Notes: generated by a model not told the origin, from the sequence alone. Positions 1 through 12,361 are shown, counted from the first letter of the stretch. The stretch: 64,000 nucleotides of DNA from an uncultured Actinomycetota bacterium (GCA_963753435.1 CAVWCF010000001.1:704554-768553); one strand, 5' to 3'. A program made the numbers and translations.

Positions 1-1483
<1,483 letters not shown>

Positions 1484-1540
1484 CCCTTGAGAATGGCACA
1501 GTCGAGCACGGCGCGAGCCGCGCACGCGCGGGGAGGTGTG

Positions 1541-3187
1541 ATGACCACGACGGTGACGTTGTTCCGCGGCACGATCCGGACCGGCGACCCAGCCGCGCCG
1601 ACGGCGAAGGCGGTGGCGGTCACCGGTGGCGTGATCAGCGGAACCGACGAAACAGCGTTCGCCCAAGCCCGCGCGGCCGACGACTGCGAAGAGATAGAAG
1701 CCACCGGCGCGCTGTTGCCGTCGTTCGGCGACGGGCACTGTCACCCCTTGTTCGGCGGCCTCGAGGACGAGGGTCCGTCGATCAGCGACGCCAGCTCAGT
1801 CCAGGAGATCCTGGAGTCCGTCGCCCGGTGGGCGGCCGAGCACCCCAACGAACCGTGGGTGCGCGGCGGCTCCTACGAGGCGGCGCTGGCGCCGCATGGC
1901 GAGTTCGACGCAAAGTGGCTCGACAGCGTGGTTCCCGATCGGCCCGTGGCGCTGCGCGCTTCGGACTATCACACGCTGTGGTGCAACTCGGCCGCGCTGC
2001 GGCTGGCCGGCATCAACCGCGACACGCCCGATCCCGACTTGGGATTCATCGTCAGGCGGCCGGACGGCGAACCGCTCGGGACGTTGCGGGAGTGGCACGC
2101 GTGCGACCTGGTCCTCAATGCCCAGCCGCCCTACCGCCCCGAAACGCTGCAAGCGGCCCTGCTGCGCGCCGGACGACGGATGGCGGCAGCGGGGGTGACG
2201 TGGTGGCAGGACGCCTGGGTCGACCCCGGTTCCGGGGTCATCGACGCATACCTCGCCGTAGCCGACACGCTGCCGGTGCGCGCCGACCTCGCGTTGCGGG
2301 CCGATCCAGATCGCTGGCGCGAGCAGGTGCCGGAGTTCGTCGAGATCCGGGACCGGCTGGCCGGGTCTCCGACCGCAGCGGGTGTCACTGCGCGCACAGT
2401 CAAGTTCTTCGCCGACGGCGTGATCGAGGGCGGAACCGCGGCGCTGCTGGACGGCTACGCCGACGGGTCCGGTGTGCCCACCGATCGCGGCATGCCGGTC
2501 TGGGAACCTTCGGAACTGGCCGAGGCTGCGGTCGTGTTCAGCCGGGCCGGATTCGGCCTGCACTTGCATGCGATCGGTGACGCGGCGATCCGGTCCGCGC
2601 TGAACGCAATTGGCCGCGCGATCGCCCTTACCGGGCCACTACCGAAACCACCGGTCATCGCCCACTGCCAACTCATCGACGCGGCCGACCTGCCGCGGTT
2701 CGCGGCCCTCGGGGTCATCGCCAACCTCGAGCCGTTATGGCTGTGTCTGGAGCCGGGCATGACCGAGTTGACGTTGCCCAGGCTAGGTGACCGTGGAGAC
2801 GCCCAGTACCCACTGGCGGACCTCATCCGCTCCGGGGCCACGGTGTCGTTCGGGTCGGACTGGCCCATCTCCAGCGAAGTCCCGATGGCCGGTATCGCCA
2901 CGGCGGTGAGCCGGCAGACCGAGACGGGTGAGCCCCCCGGCGGCTGGACGCCGTGGCAACGGATCTCACTGGCCCAAGCGCTGAACGCCTATTCCGCCGC
3001 GGTAGCGACCCAAGCCGGGGAGGCTGGGACGTGGGGGCGAATCGCCGTGGGCAAGCGCGCCGATTTGGTGCTCCTCGACGCTGACCCATACGAGGTGGCG
3101 ACCTCTGACCTGGCCGGGATCGCGGCCCTGGGCACATGGGCGTCGGGACGGCGCACGCACGAGGACACCGGTCAGTCGAGCAGTTGA
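1541..3187 (+). CDS. Amidohydrolase-family metal-dependent hydrolase (amidohydrolase 3-like).
   Basis: The ATG at 1541 follows a GGAGG RBS and is in frame with track ORF 1265..3187. Contains a GDGHCHP metal-binding HxH motif. About 548 aa. Confidence 0.65.
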   Translation: MTTTVTLFRGTIRTGDPAAPTAKAVAVTGGVISGTDETAFAQARAADDCEEIEATGALLPSFGDGHCHPLFGGLEDEGPSISDASSVQEILESVARWAAEHPNEPWVRGGSYEAALAPHGEFDAKWLDSVVPDRPVALRASDYHTLWCNSAALRLAGINRDTPDPDLGFIVRRPDGEPLGTLREWHACDLVLNAQPPYRPETLQAALLRAGRRMAAAGVTWWQDAWVDPGSGVIDAYLAVADTLPVRADLALRADPDRWREQVPEFVEIRDRLAGSPTAAGVTARTVKFFADGVIEGGTAALLDGYADGSGVPTDRGMPVWEPSELAEAAVVFSRAGFGLHLHAIGDAAIRSALNAIGRAIALTGPLPKPPVIAHCQLIDAADLPRFAALGVIANLEPLWLCLEPGMTELTLPRLGDRGDAQYPLADLIRSGATVSFGSDWPISSEVPMAGIATAVSRQTETGEPPGGWTPWQRISLAQALNAYSAAVATQAGEAGTWGRIAVGKRADLVLLDADPYEVATSDLAGIAALGTWASGRRTHEDTGQSSS

Positions 3188-4107
3188 TCCACAGCTGCAA
3201 AGGCGTCGAGGTCACCGCTGGCCACGCGAGCGGCCAACGACTGCAACCGCTCCGGGTCGAGGCGGCGGCGTAGCGCGCCGAGCACCAGCCCCTCGACTTC
3301 GGCAACAGCTCGCTGCACCCGTCGTCGCCGTCCTTCCCCGCTGTCGCGCAGGTACTCCTGATGCCGGTCGAGTTCGGTGACCAGTTCCGCCATGCCCTCG
3401 CCGGTCGAAGCCACCGTCCGGACCACCGGCGGACGCCACTGCCCCGCCTCCAAGCCACCCAAGGTGAGCATGGATCGCAACTCCCGCATGGTGGCGTCGG
3501 CGCCGTCGCGATCCGCCTTGTTCACTGCGAACACATCGCCCACCTCGAGGATGCCGGCCTTGGCGGCTTGGATGCCGTCACCCATACCCGGAGCCAGCAG
3601 GACGACAGTCGTGTCGGCGCTGGCGGCTACCTCGACTTCGGACTGCCCGACCCCGACGGTCTCGAGGATCACGACGTCGAAACCGACACCGGCGAGCACA
3701 CGGGCCGCCTGCGGCGTGGCCGCGGCCAGTCCCCCCAGATGTCCCCGAGAGGCCATGGACCTGATGAAGACGCCCTCGTCGCCGGCGTGCTCGGACATGC
3801 GCACTCGGTCCCCCAACAGCGCACCGCCGGTGAAGGGACTTGAGGGGTCCACCGCAAGCACCCCGACACGCTCGCCGCGCTCACGGAATGCCCGGATCAA
3901 CGCGTTTGTGGTGGTCGACTTGCCGACCCCGGGGGAACCGGTGATCCCGATGATCCGCACGTCGGAACCGGCGCCCGCCAGCGCGGCCATGGCCTCGGGC
4001 AACTGCTCGGAGCCGTCCTCAACCACGGACAGCAGGCGCGCCACCGCGCGTGCTTGCCCGGAACGGGCTGCGGTTACCAGCGCCGCCACGTCAATGGCGT
4101 TGGCCAT
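3172..4107 (-). CDS. meaB: Methylmalonyl-CoA-mutase-associated GTPase MeaB/ArgK (G3E family).
   Basis: Walker A GSPGVGKST, the MeaB-type motifs VAVDPSSPFTGGALLGDR and VNKADRDGA. 311 aa. Confidence 0.85.
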   Translation of the reverse strand: MANAIDVAALVTAARSGQARAVARLLSVVEDGSEQLPEAMAALAGAGSDVRIIGITGSPGVGKSTTTNALIRAFRERGERVGVLAVDPSSPFTGGALLGDRVRMSEHAGDEGVFIRSMASRGHLGGLAAATPQAARVLAGVGFDVVILETVGVGQSEVEVAASADTTVVLLAPGMGDGIQAAKAGILEVGDVFAVNKADRDGADATMRELRSMLTLGGLEAGQWRPPVVRTVASTGEGMAELVTELDRHQEYLRDSGEGRRRRVQRAVAEVEGLVLGALRRRLDPERLQSLAARVASGDLDAFAAVDQLLD

Positions 4108-5298
4108 TCAGGAAGCAGGAACCGTAAGGATCAGCGCGTCACCCTGGCCGCCGCCGCCACACAGTGCGGCCGCACCTCGGCCGCCGCCGCGGCGGCGAAG
4201 CTCCAGAGCCAAAGTCAGCGCCAGGCGGGCGCCGGACATGCCGACCGGGTGCCCCAATGCAATGGCACCACCGTTGACGTTCACTTTTTCGTCCGGCAGG
4301 TCCAGCGCGCGCTGGCTGACCAGGCCCACAGCAGCGAAGGCTTCGTTGATCTCGACCAGGTCCAGGTCCGAGACGTCCAACTGCTGCTTGGCCAGAGCCA
4401 CCCTGATGGCATTGGCCGGCTGTTCGTGCAGGCTCGGATCCGGTCCGGCCACGACGCCGTGCGCGCCGATCTCGGCCAGCCAGGTCAGCCCTCGGGCTTC
4501 TGCGGCCGCCTTGCTCATGACGACGACGGCGGCGGCGCCATCGGAGATCTGCGACGCGTTGCCGGCAGTAATCGTGCCGTCCTTTGTGAAGGCCGCACGA
4601 AGCCCCGAAAGGCTGTCGGCGGTGGTGTCCGGGCGGATGCCCTCGTCGGCGCTGACCACGACCGGGTCGCCCTTGCGCTGGGGGATGGTGACCGGGGCGA
4701 TCTCCTCGTCGAACAAACCGTTCTTCGCAGCCGCCGCGGCCCGCTGGTGACTGCGGGCGGCGAACTCATCCTGGTCCGCCCGCGTCAGGCCGTAGCGGCT
4801 GTTGTAGTTCTCGGTGGACTCGCCCATTGCGCATTCGTCGAAGGCGCAGGTGAGCCCGTCGAACAGCATCGAGTCGATCATCTTCCAATCGCCGAACTTG
4901 ACGCCCTCCCGCGAACCCACGAGCAGGTGCGGTGCGTTGGTCATGGATTCCATGCCGCCGGCGACCACCACCTCGAACTCCCCGGCGCGGATCAGTTGAT
5001 CGGCCAGTGCGATCGCATCGAGGCCGGACAGGCAGACCTTGTTGATCGTCAGGGCCGGCACGGACATCGGGATCCCGGCCGCAACGGCCGCCTGGCGGGC
5101 GGTGATCTGTCCAGTGCCGCCCTGAAGGACCTGGCCCATGACCACGTAGTCGATGTCGTCGCCGGAAACGCCGGACCGCTGCATCGCGGCCTCGATGGCA
5201 ACCGCCCCGAGTTGGGCACCACTGAGCGACTTCAACCCGCCGGACAGTCGCCCCATCGGGGTGCGGGCTCCGGCAACGATGACGCTGGGTCCGGGCAT
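4108..5298 (-). CDS. Acetyl-CoA C-acetyltransferase (thiolase II).
   Basis: Thiolase motifs [14 protein letters not shown] and [10 protein letters not shown]. Start moved to the internal ATG at 5298 ([10 protein letters not shown]), which has a GGGAGG RBS. Its stop abuts the meaB start. Confidence 0.85.
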   Translation of the reverse strand: MPGPSVIVAGARTPMGRLSGGLKSLSGAQLGAVAIEAAMQRSGVSGDDIDYVVMGQVLQGGTGQITARQAAVAAGIPMSVPALTINKVCLSGLDAIALADQLIRAGEFEVVVAGGMESMTNAPHLLVGSREGVKFGDWKMIDSMLFDGLTCAFDECAMGESTENYNSRYGLTRADQDEFAARSHQRAAAAAKNGLFDEEIAPVTIPQRKGDPVVVSADEGIRPDTTADSLSGLRAAFTKDGTITAGNASQISDGAAAVVVMSKAAAEARGLTWLAEIGAHGVVAGPDPSLHEQPANAIRVALAKQQLDVSDLDLVEINEAFAAVGLVSQRALDLPDEKVNVNGGAIALGHPVGMSGARLALTLALELRRRGGGRGAAALCGGGGQGDALILTVPAS

Positions 5299-5392
5299 GT
5301 TTCCTCCCGAGTACGGGGCTGATTGGGCGGGTGCCACGATAGTCAGCACGGCAGGTCGAATCGCGCCCGCCCCGTACTCGACAGGAGGTCGC

Positions 5393-5833
5393 ATGTCCGC
5401 GGTGTTGCCCGACGGCATGGTGGTTCGGATCGATCACGTGGGGATTGCGGTCGAAGACCTGGACGACGCCATCCGCTTCTACGAGCGTGCCTTCGGCTTT
5501 GAGTGCGTGCACCGGGAGCGCAACGAGGAGCAGGGCGTCAACGAAGCAATGCTGGCCATCGGCGAATCCGGCTCGATGCTGCAGTTGCTCAGCCCGCTGG
5601 GTCCGGACACCCCCATCGGCAAGTTCCTGCAGCGCAGCGGACCGGGAATCCAGCAGATGGCCTACACCGTGACCGACGTGCGCGCGGCCGCCGCACATCT
5701 GCGTGCCCGAGGCCTGCGCCTGCTCTACGACGAGCCCAAGGTCGGGACCGCGGGGTCGCTGATCAACTTCGTGCACCCCAAGGACGCCGGCGGCGTGCTG
5801 ATCGAACTGGTGCAGCCGGGCGAGGACATCTGA
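5393..5833 (+). CDS. mce: Methylmalonyl-CoA / ethylmalonyl-CoA epimerase (VOC/glyoxalase family).
   Basis: AGGAGG RBS then the ATG at 5393. [36 protein letters not shown]...[14 protein letters not shown]...GGVLIELVQ is the typical epimerase pattern. 146 aa. Divergent from the thiolase gene. Confidence 0.75.
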   Translation: MSAVLPDGMVVRIDHVGIAVEDLDDAIRFYERAFGFECVHRERNEEQGVNEAMLAIGESGSMLQLLSPLGPDTPIGKFLQRSGPGIQQMAYTVTDVRAAAAHLRARGLRLLYDEPKVGTAGSLINFVHPKDAGGVLIELVQPGEDI

Positions 5834-5931
5834 AGCCCAGACCCGAGTCCACAGCGGCCCACATGGGCTGATTCGCCTCATTGTTACTGGCCGGTAATAT
5901 CAGCGCCTAGTATTCGGTCGAGGAGGCCCAA

Positions 5932-7269
5932 GTGGAGCAGATTCTCCAGACCATCCTGGCCGGTGCGAATGATCCGGCCGCGTACGCGGCGCTGCCCGTG
6001 CCGGAGTCCTACGCAGCCATCACGGTGCACGCCGATGAAGTCGACATGTTCGCCGGCACACCGACCCGCGAGCGGGACCCGCGCCAGTCCCTGCACCTCG
6101 ACGAGGTGCCCGTCCCGGAACTGGGCCCGGGTGAGGCGCTGGTCGCGGTGATGGCCAGTTCCATCAACTACAACACGGTTTGGACTTCCATCTTCGAACC
6201 GGTCCCCACCTTCGACTTCCTCAAGCGGTACGGGCGCATCCACCCACTGGCCGCCCGCCACGATCTGCCGTACCACGTGATCGGATCGGACCTGTCCGGC
6301 GTGGTGCTGCGCGTCGGCGTCGGGGTGAGCGCCTGGAAACCGGGAGACGAGGTAGTCGCGCACTGCCTGTCAGTGGAGTTGGAGCACCCGCAGGGTCACG
6401 ACGACACGATGCTGGACCCCGAACAACGGATCTGGGGCTTCGAGACGAACTTCGGCGGGCTGGCGCAACTGGCCCTGGTCAAGTCCAATCAGCTCCTGCC
6501 CAAGCCGGCGCATCTGACCTGGGAAGAGGCCGCCGCGCCCGGACTGGTCAACTCCACTGCCTACCGCCAGTTGGTATCGACCCACGGCGCCGGGATGAAG
6601 CAAGGCGACGTCGTGCTGATCTGGGGCGCCTCCGGCGGCCTGGGGTCGTACGCGACGCAAATGGCCCTCAACGGGGGCGCGACGCCGATCTGTGTCGTCT
6701 CAAGTCCGGAGAAGGCCGAGATCTGCCGCAGCCTGGGCGCCGAACTCATCATCGACCGGGCCGCTGAGGACTACCGCTTCTGGAAAGACGAGAACACCCA
6801 GGACCCCAAGGAGTGGAAGCGGTTCGGTGCCCGTATCCGGGAACTAACCGGTGGCGACGACGTGGACATCGTCTTCGAGCACCCGGGACGGGAAACCTTC
6901 GGCGCGTCGGTTTACGTCGCACGCAAGGGCGGCACCATCGTCACCTGCGCTTCCACCTCCGGGTTCCTGCACCAGTACGACAACCGCTACCTCTGGATGA
7001 ACCTCAAGCGGATCATCGGCAGCCACTTCGCCAACTACCGCGAGGCGTGGGAGGCAAACCGACTGATCGCCCGCGGCCGGATCCACCCGACCCTGAGCAA
7101 GGTGTTCCCGCTTGCCGAGACCGGGCAGGCCGCGCTGGAGGTGCACAGCAATCGCCACCAGGGCAAGGTCGGGGTGCTCTGCCTGGCCCCGGAGGAAGGC
7201 CTTGGGGTCCGCGATGAGGCCCTCCGCGAGCGACACCTGGACTCGATCAACCGCTTCCGCGACGTCTGA
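5932..7269 (+). CDS. ccr: Crotonyl-CoA carboxylase/reductase.
   Basis: GTG start after an AGGAGG RBS. 445 aa. Long stretches match the Ccr family: MEQILQTILAGANDPAAYAALPVPESYAAITVH..., SINYNTVWTSIFEPVPTF, IWGASGGLGSYATQMALNGGA. Confidence 0.9.
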   Translation: MEQILQTILAGANDPAAYAALPVPESYAAITVHADEVDMFAGTPTRERDPRQSLHLDEVPVPELGPGEALVAVMASSINYNTVWTSIFEPVPTFDFLKRYGRIHPLAARHDLPYHVIGSDLSGVVLRVGVGVSAWKPGDEVVAHCLSVELEHPQGHDDTMLDPEQRIWGFETNFGGLAQLALVKSNQLLPKPAHLTWEEAAAPGLVNSTAYRQLVSTHGAGMKQGDVVLIWGASGGLGSYATQMALNGGATPICVVSSPEKAEICRSLGAELIIDRAAEDYRFWKDENTQDPKEWKRFGARIRELTGGDDVDIVFEHPGRETFGASVYVARKGGTIVTCASTSGFLHQYDNRYLWMNLKRIIGSHFANYREAWEANRLIARGRIHPTLSKVFPLAETGQAALEVHSNRHQGKVGVLCLAPEEGLGVRDEALRERHLDSINRFRDV

Positions 7270-7274
7270 CCTAC

Positions 7275-8018
7275 TCAGGCCTTTTCACAGCGCGCAATCA
7301 AGCCCGTCAACGCAGCCGCGACCGCAGCCGGGGTTTCCACCGCGGCCAGATGCCCCGCACCGCGCACGGTGACCCGCTCTACGTCGGCGAGGGCGTCCGA
7401 CATCGCCAGGGCATCGGCCTCGGCCGCGAGGGCGTCCTCGTCGCCCCGGAGCACGAGCGCCGGGCCGTTGAAACCAGCGAGGTCCGCCAGCGAGTCGGGG
7501 CGAGCGGCCATGGCCCGCTGGGCCCAGGCCACGGCCATCGGGTTGGCCGCCGCCACCATGGCGTGAACCTCGGCAACAACGTCGGCGCGATCGCGCTTGG
7601 TGCTCTCCCCCACGAGCGCCGGCTCCACGTCCGCGTGCACGACCGCCAACCCAGCCGACTCCGCCGCAGCGGCGATCCGCTCCCGATTGGCGCGAGCGGC
7701 CGGGGGGTCGGCGGCGGCCTTCGTGTCCAGCAACGCCAGGCCGGCCACGCGCTGCGGGGATAGCCGCAGCAGTTCCATGGCCACGTAGCCGCCCATGCTG
7801 GTGCCGCCCAGGATCACGCGGTGCAGCCCGGCGGCGTCCATTTCGGCCAGGACGGCCTCCGCGTAGGCCGCCAGGCTGGGCGTACCCGACGGCATCGCAG
7901 CCGAGCCGAAGCCCGGGAGGTCCGGGGTGATTACGTCGGCGGCCAACTCCCGGTGCAGGCGGTCGTACATCGCGGCGTGCAGCGGGAACGCGTGCAACAG
8001 AACCAGTGGCGGGGTCAC
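7275..8018 (-). CDS. Alpha/beta-hydrolase fold protein.
   Basis: Has the PLVLLHAFP strand and the GTSMGG nucleophile elbow (GxSxG). Start chosen as the GTG forming a GTGA overlap with the stop of the upstream gene. The track ORF extends to 8171. Confidence 0.6.
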   Translation of the reverse strand: MTPPLVLLHAFPLHAAMYDRLHRELAADVITPDLPGFGSAAMPSGTPSLAAYAEAVLAEMDAAGLHRVILGGTSMGGYVAMELLRLSPQRVAGLALLDTKAAADPPAARANRERIAAAAESAGLAVVHADVEPALVGESTKRDRADVVAEVHAMVAAANPMAVAWAQRAMAARPDSLADLAGFNGPALVLRGDEDALAAEADALAMSDALADVERVTVRGAGHLAAVETPAAVAAALTGLIARCEKA

Positions 8019-8791
8019 GGCTGCACCGTAGGGGTCAACTCCTGTGTCAGGTCGCTGAAGGACCAGGCTGGGCCGTCCCACGTGCTCGGCAGCGGCGCGG
8101 CCGCGTCCGGCCCAAGTACGCGGCTGACGATGTGGTCCAAGGCGATGCGGACGAACGGTTCGCCGACCCACAAGTGCTTGGCACCATCCACGCCGACTAC
8201 TTCCGCTTGCCGTACCGCCGCGAAGCGAGCGGTTGCCTCGGCTGGACGCAGGTAGTCGTCCAACTCCGGGATCAACGCCAACAACGGAGTTCCCGCCGCG
8301 TCCCAGCGCGCCAGGTGCTCATCGGTACTGAACCGCAACGGCGGCGACAGCAGAATCGCTCCGGCTATCGCCGGATCCAGGCCGTGCATCAACGCCAGGT
8401 CGGTACCGAAGGACCAACCGAGCAGCCACGGCTGCGGCAGGTGCTCGAACTCGGCGAACTCGATCGCAGCGGCAACGTCGTACCGCTCACCGACCGCTGC
8501 CTCGAACTGCCCTTGGGAAGTGCCGTGCGCAGACGTAGTCCCGCGGGTGTTGAACCGCAGCACCGCGATCCCGGCCAGGGCGGGAAGTCGCCAGGCCGCC
8601 TTGCGCAGGAGGTGGCTGTCCATCATCCCGCCATGCGTCGGCAACGGGTGCAGGCAGACCAACGTGGCCGCCGGCTCGGAGTCCGGCGGCAACGCCAACT
8701 CCCCCACCAGCTCCAGGCCGTCGGCGGTGTGCAGCGTGACCGGGCGGCGACGAGCCGGCAGGACGGTGTTGGCGCGGATCTGGACGGTCAC
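8015..8791 (-). CDS. Alpha/beta-hydrolase fold protein.
   Basis: LVCLHPLPTHGG and GWSFGTDLAL (GxSxG). Start chosen as the GTG overlapping (GTGA) the stop of the small upstream ORF. The track ORF extends to 8875. Confidence 0.55.
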   Translation of the reverse strand: MTVQIRANTVLPARRRPVTLHTADGLELVGELALPPDSEPAATLVCLHPLPTHGGMMDSHLLRKAAWRLPALAGIAVLRFNTRGTTSAHGTSQGQFEAAVGERYDVAAAIEFAEFEHLPQPWLLGWSFGTDLALMHGLDPAIAGAILLSPPLRFSTDEHLARWDAAGTPLLALIPELDDYLRPAEATARFAAVRQAEVVGVDGAKHLWVGEPFVRIALDHIVSRVLGPDAAAPLPSTWDGPAWSFSDLTQELTPTVQP

Positions 8792-9051
8792 GACAGCGGG
8801 CGCCGCCGCTCGCGCGCCTGCCAGCAGGCCTTGTGCCAGTGGCGTCGGTGACCACTGCCCAGATGCTCGGGCCAAACGACCAGGTGCGGAGTGGCGGTCG
8901 GGATCTCCAGGTCACAGCCGGGGCAGCGGTACGGCTTGGTGGACGAGGAACCGCGGATCGGCCGGACCACGTAGTCCTCGCCGTCGAAGGTCTCGATGCG
9001 CTCGGGCGCCGGTCCTGAGCCGCCGCGCGCAGCAGGACGCCGCTTGCTCAC
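8788..9051 (-). CDS. Small conserved hypothetical protein with a putative zinc-ribbon (CxxC...H...C).
   Basis: 87 aa, basic. Has YRCPGCD and a later HRRHWHKAC. Start codon overlaps (ATGA) the stop of the upstream dehydrogenase gene. Confidence 0.45.
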   Translation of the reverse strand: MSKRRPAARGGSGPAPERIETFDGEDYVVRPIRGSSSTKPYRCPGCDLEIPTATPHLVVWPEHLGSGHRRHWHKACWQARERRRPLS

Positions 9052-10826
9052 GGTGTGTTGTAGACCCGGAACCCGCGCCCGGCCTTGCGACCGAGATATC
9101 CGGCCGTGACCAGGTGCTCCAGAAGCGGTGCGGGTGCGAACCCGGGCTCGCGGAACTCCCGGTACAACTGCATCTGGATGGCCAGCGCCACATCCAGGCC
9201 GACGACGTCGAGCAACTCGAACGGCCCCATCGGGTAGCCGGTGCCCACCTTCATGGCGGTGTCGATGTCGTCAGCGCTGGCGTAGTGCGCCTCCAACATC
9301 TTCACCGCGTCGTTCAGGTACGGGAACAAGAGCGTGTTGACGATGAAGCCGGAGCGGTCACCGCACTGCACCGGGGTCTTGCCCAGCCGGCGCACCAACG
9401 CCGTTCCAGTTGCCAAGGCCTCCGGTCCGGAATGCACCGTGGCCACCACCTCGACCAGGTCCATCGCCTGGGCCGGGTTGAAGAAGTGCAGTCCGACCAC
9501 GTCGGCCGGCCGTTTGGTCGCCGCCGCCATCTCGATGACCGGCAGGCTGGACGTGGTCGTTGCCAGCACCGCCCCGGGCTTGCAGATCTCATCGAACGTC
9601 TCGAACAGGGTCTGCTTGACCGACAACTCTTCGACGGCCGCCTCAATGACCACATCGACATCCGCGAGGTCGTCGAGGCGATGCGATCCGACGATTCGAT
9701 CCAGCAACGGATCCCGCTCGTCGGCGGCCAACTTGCCCCGTAGTACGGCCTTGTCCACCGAACGCTCGATCTCGGCTCGTACGGCCGCCACCTTCTCCTC
9801 GCCACGAGTGACGTAAAGAACGTCCACGCCGGAGCGTGCCAGCGCCTCGATGATCCCCTTGGCCATGGTCCCCGAACCGGCGACACCGACACGCTGCACC
9901 GGCCGTCCGGTCACCTCGCCGTCCGGCCGCGGGGTTGCCGCGTCGTCAACGACTACCGGCGAGTCAGCGCTCTCGTAGGTGTAGAAACCGCGACCGGTCT
10001 TGCGGCCGAGCAGGCCCGCAGTCACCAGTTGCTTGAGGATCGGCGCCGGTGCGTGCAGCCGGTCCCGGGTCTGGCGGTACATCGTGTCGAGGATCTCGTA
10101 GGCGGTGTCCAGGCCGACCAGGTCGAGCAGGGCCAACGGCCCCATTGGGTAGCCGGCTCCGAGCCGCATGGCGGCGTCGATGTCCTCGCGCGTGGCGTAG
10201 CGAGTCTCGTACAGGCGGACCGCGTGGTTGAGGTATCCGAACAGGAGGGCGTTGGCGATGAAGCCCGCCTTGTCACCGACGACCACCGGCTGCTTGCCCA
10301 GCCGCGCGGCCAGCCCCTTGACGTCCTCGACTACCTCGGGGTCGGTGACGACGGTCCGCACCACCTCGACAAGCTTGAGTACGGGTGCCGGGTTGAAGAA
10401 GTGCATCCCGACCAGCAGCGCCGGCCGCGTCGTCGCCACCGAGATCTCCGTCACCGACAGCGAGGAGGTGTTGGTAGCCAGAATGGCGTCCGGACGCACG
10501 ATCTTGTCCACCCGGCCAAGCAGGTCCTGTTTGAGGTCCAGGTGTTCCGGAACCGCCTCGATGACCAGATCCGCCTCGGCCAGGTCGTCCATGGATGTCG
10601 TGAACCGGATGCGGTCGAAAATGGCCTTCTGCTCGTTGTCGGTGAGCTTGCCGCGCTTGACCGCGCGCCCGGTGGAAGCGGCCAGGTGTCCCCGGCCCCG
10701 CTCGATCCCGGACTCCTCGCCCTCCACGCCGATGACGTCGAAGCCGTTACGGGCAAACACCTCGGCGATGCCCGCACCCATGGTGCCGAGACCGATAACG
10801 CCGATAGTGCGGAAGTCGCGGGCCAT
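9048..10826 (-). CDS. Tandem-domain 3-hydroxyacyl-CoA dehydrogenase (two complete 3-hydroxybutyryl-CoA dehydrogenase-like modules in one polypeptide).
   Basis: Two NAD-binding Rossmann motifs (IGVIGLGTMGAGIAEV and VGVAGSGTMAKGIIEA). Two paralogous C-terminal segments (HFFNPAPVLKLVEVV...GYPMGPLALLDLVGLD and HFFNPAQAMDLVEVV...GYPMGPFELLDVVGLD). Start set at MARDF. The track ORF extends to 10853. Confidence 0.8.
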   Translation of the reverse strand: MARDFRTIGVIGLGTMGAGIAEVFARNGFDVIGVEGEESGIERGRGHLAASTGRAVKRGKLTDNEQKAIFDRIRFTTSMDDLAEADLVIEAVPEHLDLKQDLLGRVDKIVRPDAILATNTSSLSVTEISVATTRPALLVGMHFFNPAPVLKLVEVVRTVVTDPEVVEDVKGLAARLGKQPVVVGDKAGFIANALLFGYLNHAVRLYETRYATREDIDAAMRLGAGYPMGPLALLDLVGLDTAYEILDTMYRQTRDRLHAPAPILKQLVTAGLLGRKTGRGFYTYESADSPVVVDDAATPRPDGEVTGRPVQRVGVAGSGTMAKGIIEALARSGVDVLYVTRGEEKVAAVRAEIERSVDKAVLRGKLAADERDPLLDRIVGSHRLDDLADVDVVIEAAVEELSVKQTLFETFDEICKPGAVLATTTSSLPVIEMAAATKRPADVVGLHFFNPAQAMDLVEVVATVHSGPEALATGTALVRRLGKTPVQCGDRSGFIVNTLLFPYLNDAVKMLEAHYASADDIDTAMKVGTGYPMGPFELLDVVGLDVALAIQMQLYREFREPGFAPAPLLEHLVTAGYLGRKAGRGFRVYNTP

Positions 10827-10862
10827 GTTGCTCCTCAGGTGTCGAACCGGCATTCTCCCAGA

Positions 10863-12323
10863 TCAATCGGTCAGCAGATCGGCGGCCCGTTCGGCCACGG
10901 CGAGCACCGCCGCGTTGGTGTTGGCGCTTACCGGAGCCGGGAAGACCGACGCGTCGACCACATGCAGGCCGGCCGTGCCCGGGAGGGCCAGCCGACCGTC
11001 AAGGACGCTGCCGGCCGCCACCGTTCCGGTCGGATGAAACAGGGTCGATGCCCGGGCCCGCACATGCGCGCGCCAGTCCGGTTCGGGGTCGGCCGGGGGC
11101 CGGACGCGGCGCGCCAGCAGCCGCCGCAACGGCTCGGCTGCACCGATCTGGGCCGCCAGTTGCGCCCCGCCGACAAGTGCATCCGTGTCGGCGTCCGCAC
11201 CGAGGTAGTTCGGGTCGATCAGCGGCGGGTCGCCCGGCCGTGGACCACTCGCCCGGACCCACCCGCGGCTGGTCGGTCGCAACAACACCGCGGCGATCGT
11301 GAACCGCGCGGCACCGGGGTAGCCACCCACGTCACCGACGAAGGCGGCCGGGCCGGCGTGCAGTTGCAGATCGGGTTCGACATTCAATCCGGTCGCCGCG
11401 AAGGCGAACGCCTCGGCGTTGCCGCTGACCAGCGGACCGTCGCCGCGCTCGGACCACCGGCGCAGCGCTAGTTCGGAACTGCCCTCGTGCAGGCCCGGGG
11501 TCGCCTGACCGATCCAGAGCAAGGGAACGGCCAGGTGATCGGCGAGGCCCGCGCCGACAGCAGCGTCCACCAGCACTCGGACGCCGATGCGCTCGAGGTG
11601 CTCGACCGGGCCGATTCCCGAACGCTGCAGCAGTACTGGCGAGCCGACCGCGCCCGCGCACACGATCACGCGCCCTGCCGGCACCGCGGTGCCGTCGGCC
11701 AGTTCCACTCCGACCGCCCGCTGGCCGCGGAACAGCACTCGACTGACCACAGCCGAGCGCACCTGGAGGTTGTCCCGCGACATGGCCGGTCGCAGGTAGG
11801 CGCTGGCCGCCGAATGCCGCACACCCAGGCGTTGCGTCACCTCGAAGACACCGGAGTCGGCCAGTCCAGCTATCCGGGACGCCTGGACGAAGGCGGTGGA
11901 CAACTCGTGGGCGTACCGCAACGGCTCCGGGGCCATCACCTCTTCGGCGCGGCGCAGCGCGGGCAGGAGATCGGCCGCACCCCAGCCCAGGAGACCGTGC
12001 TCATCACGCCACTGGTCGAAGTCGGCTGGACGTGGGCGCACCCACAACGTGGCGTTGATGGCCGACGACCCACCCAGGGCGCGGCCGCGCGGCCACCGCA
12101 CCGTGCGCCCACCCAGGCCCGCTTGGGGCTGAGTCACATCGCCCCAGTCGTGCGCCGACCCGATCAGGCGCACCAGACGGGCCGGGATCTCGAAGTCCGC
12201 GCCGAGGTCCGGCTCCCCCGCTTCCAGTAAGAGAACGCGGTGATCACGGGCCTGGGACAGGCGGGCCGCCAGCACGCATCCGGCACTGCCGCCGCCGACG
12301 ATGACAGTGTCCACGACCGGCAC
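10863..12323 (-). CDS. GMC-family FAD-dependent oxidoreductase (choline dehydrogenase-like).
   Basis: N-terminal [22 protein letters not shown]-binding motif. 486 aa. GMC C-terminal pattern. Confidence 0.8.
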   Translation of the reverse strand: MPVVDTVIVGGGSAGCVLAARLSQARDHRVLLLEAGEPDLGADFEIPARLVRLIGSAHDWGDVTQPQAGLGGRTVRWPRGRALGGSSAINATLWVRPRPADFDQWRDEHGLLGWGAADLLPALRRAEEVMAPEPLRYAHELSTAFVQASRIAGLADSGVFEVTQRLGVRHSAASAYLRPAMSRDNLQVRSAVVSRVLFRGQRAVGVELADGTAVPAGRVIVCAGAVGSPVLLQRSGIGPVEHLERIGVRVLVDAAVGAGLADHLAVPLLWIGQATPGLHEGSSELALRRWSERGDGPLVSGNAEAFAFAATGLNVEPDLQLHAGPAAFVGDVGGYPGAARFTIAAVLLRPTSRGWVRASGPRPGDPPLIDPNYLGADADTDALVGGAQLAAQIGAAEPLRRLLARRVRPPADPEPDWRAHVRARASTLFHPTGTVAAGSVLDGRLALPGTAGLHVVDASVFPAPVSANTNAAVLAVAERAADLLTD

Positions 12324-12361
12324 GGGCCGCGACGCTACCGCTGCGGCTACCGTCGGCGCCC

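Noticed and set aside
5299-5392. Possible riboswitch or regulatory RNA in the divergent thiolase/epimerase spacer
   Set aside because: The 94-bp spacer is consistent with two divergent promoters plus RBSs (GGGAGG and AGGAGG). No conserved riboswitch-like structure was recognised by eye.
3377-5881. Large alternative-frame ORFs (3377..4750 +, 4054..5322 +, 4766..5881 -)
   Set aside because: Low-complexity Ser/Ala/Pro/Arg-rich translations antisense to meaB, thiolase and the epimerase. No motifs. Rejected in favour of the conserved-family genes.
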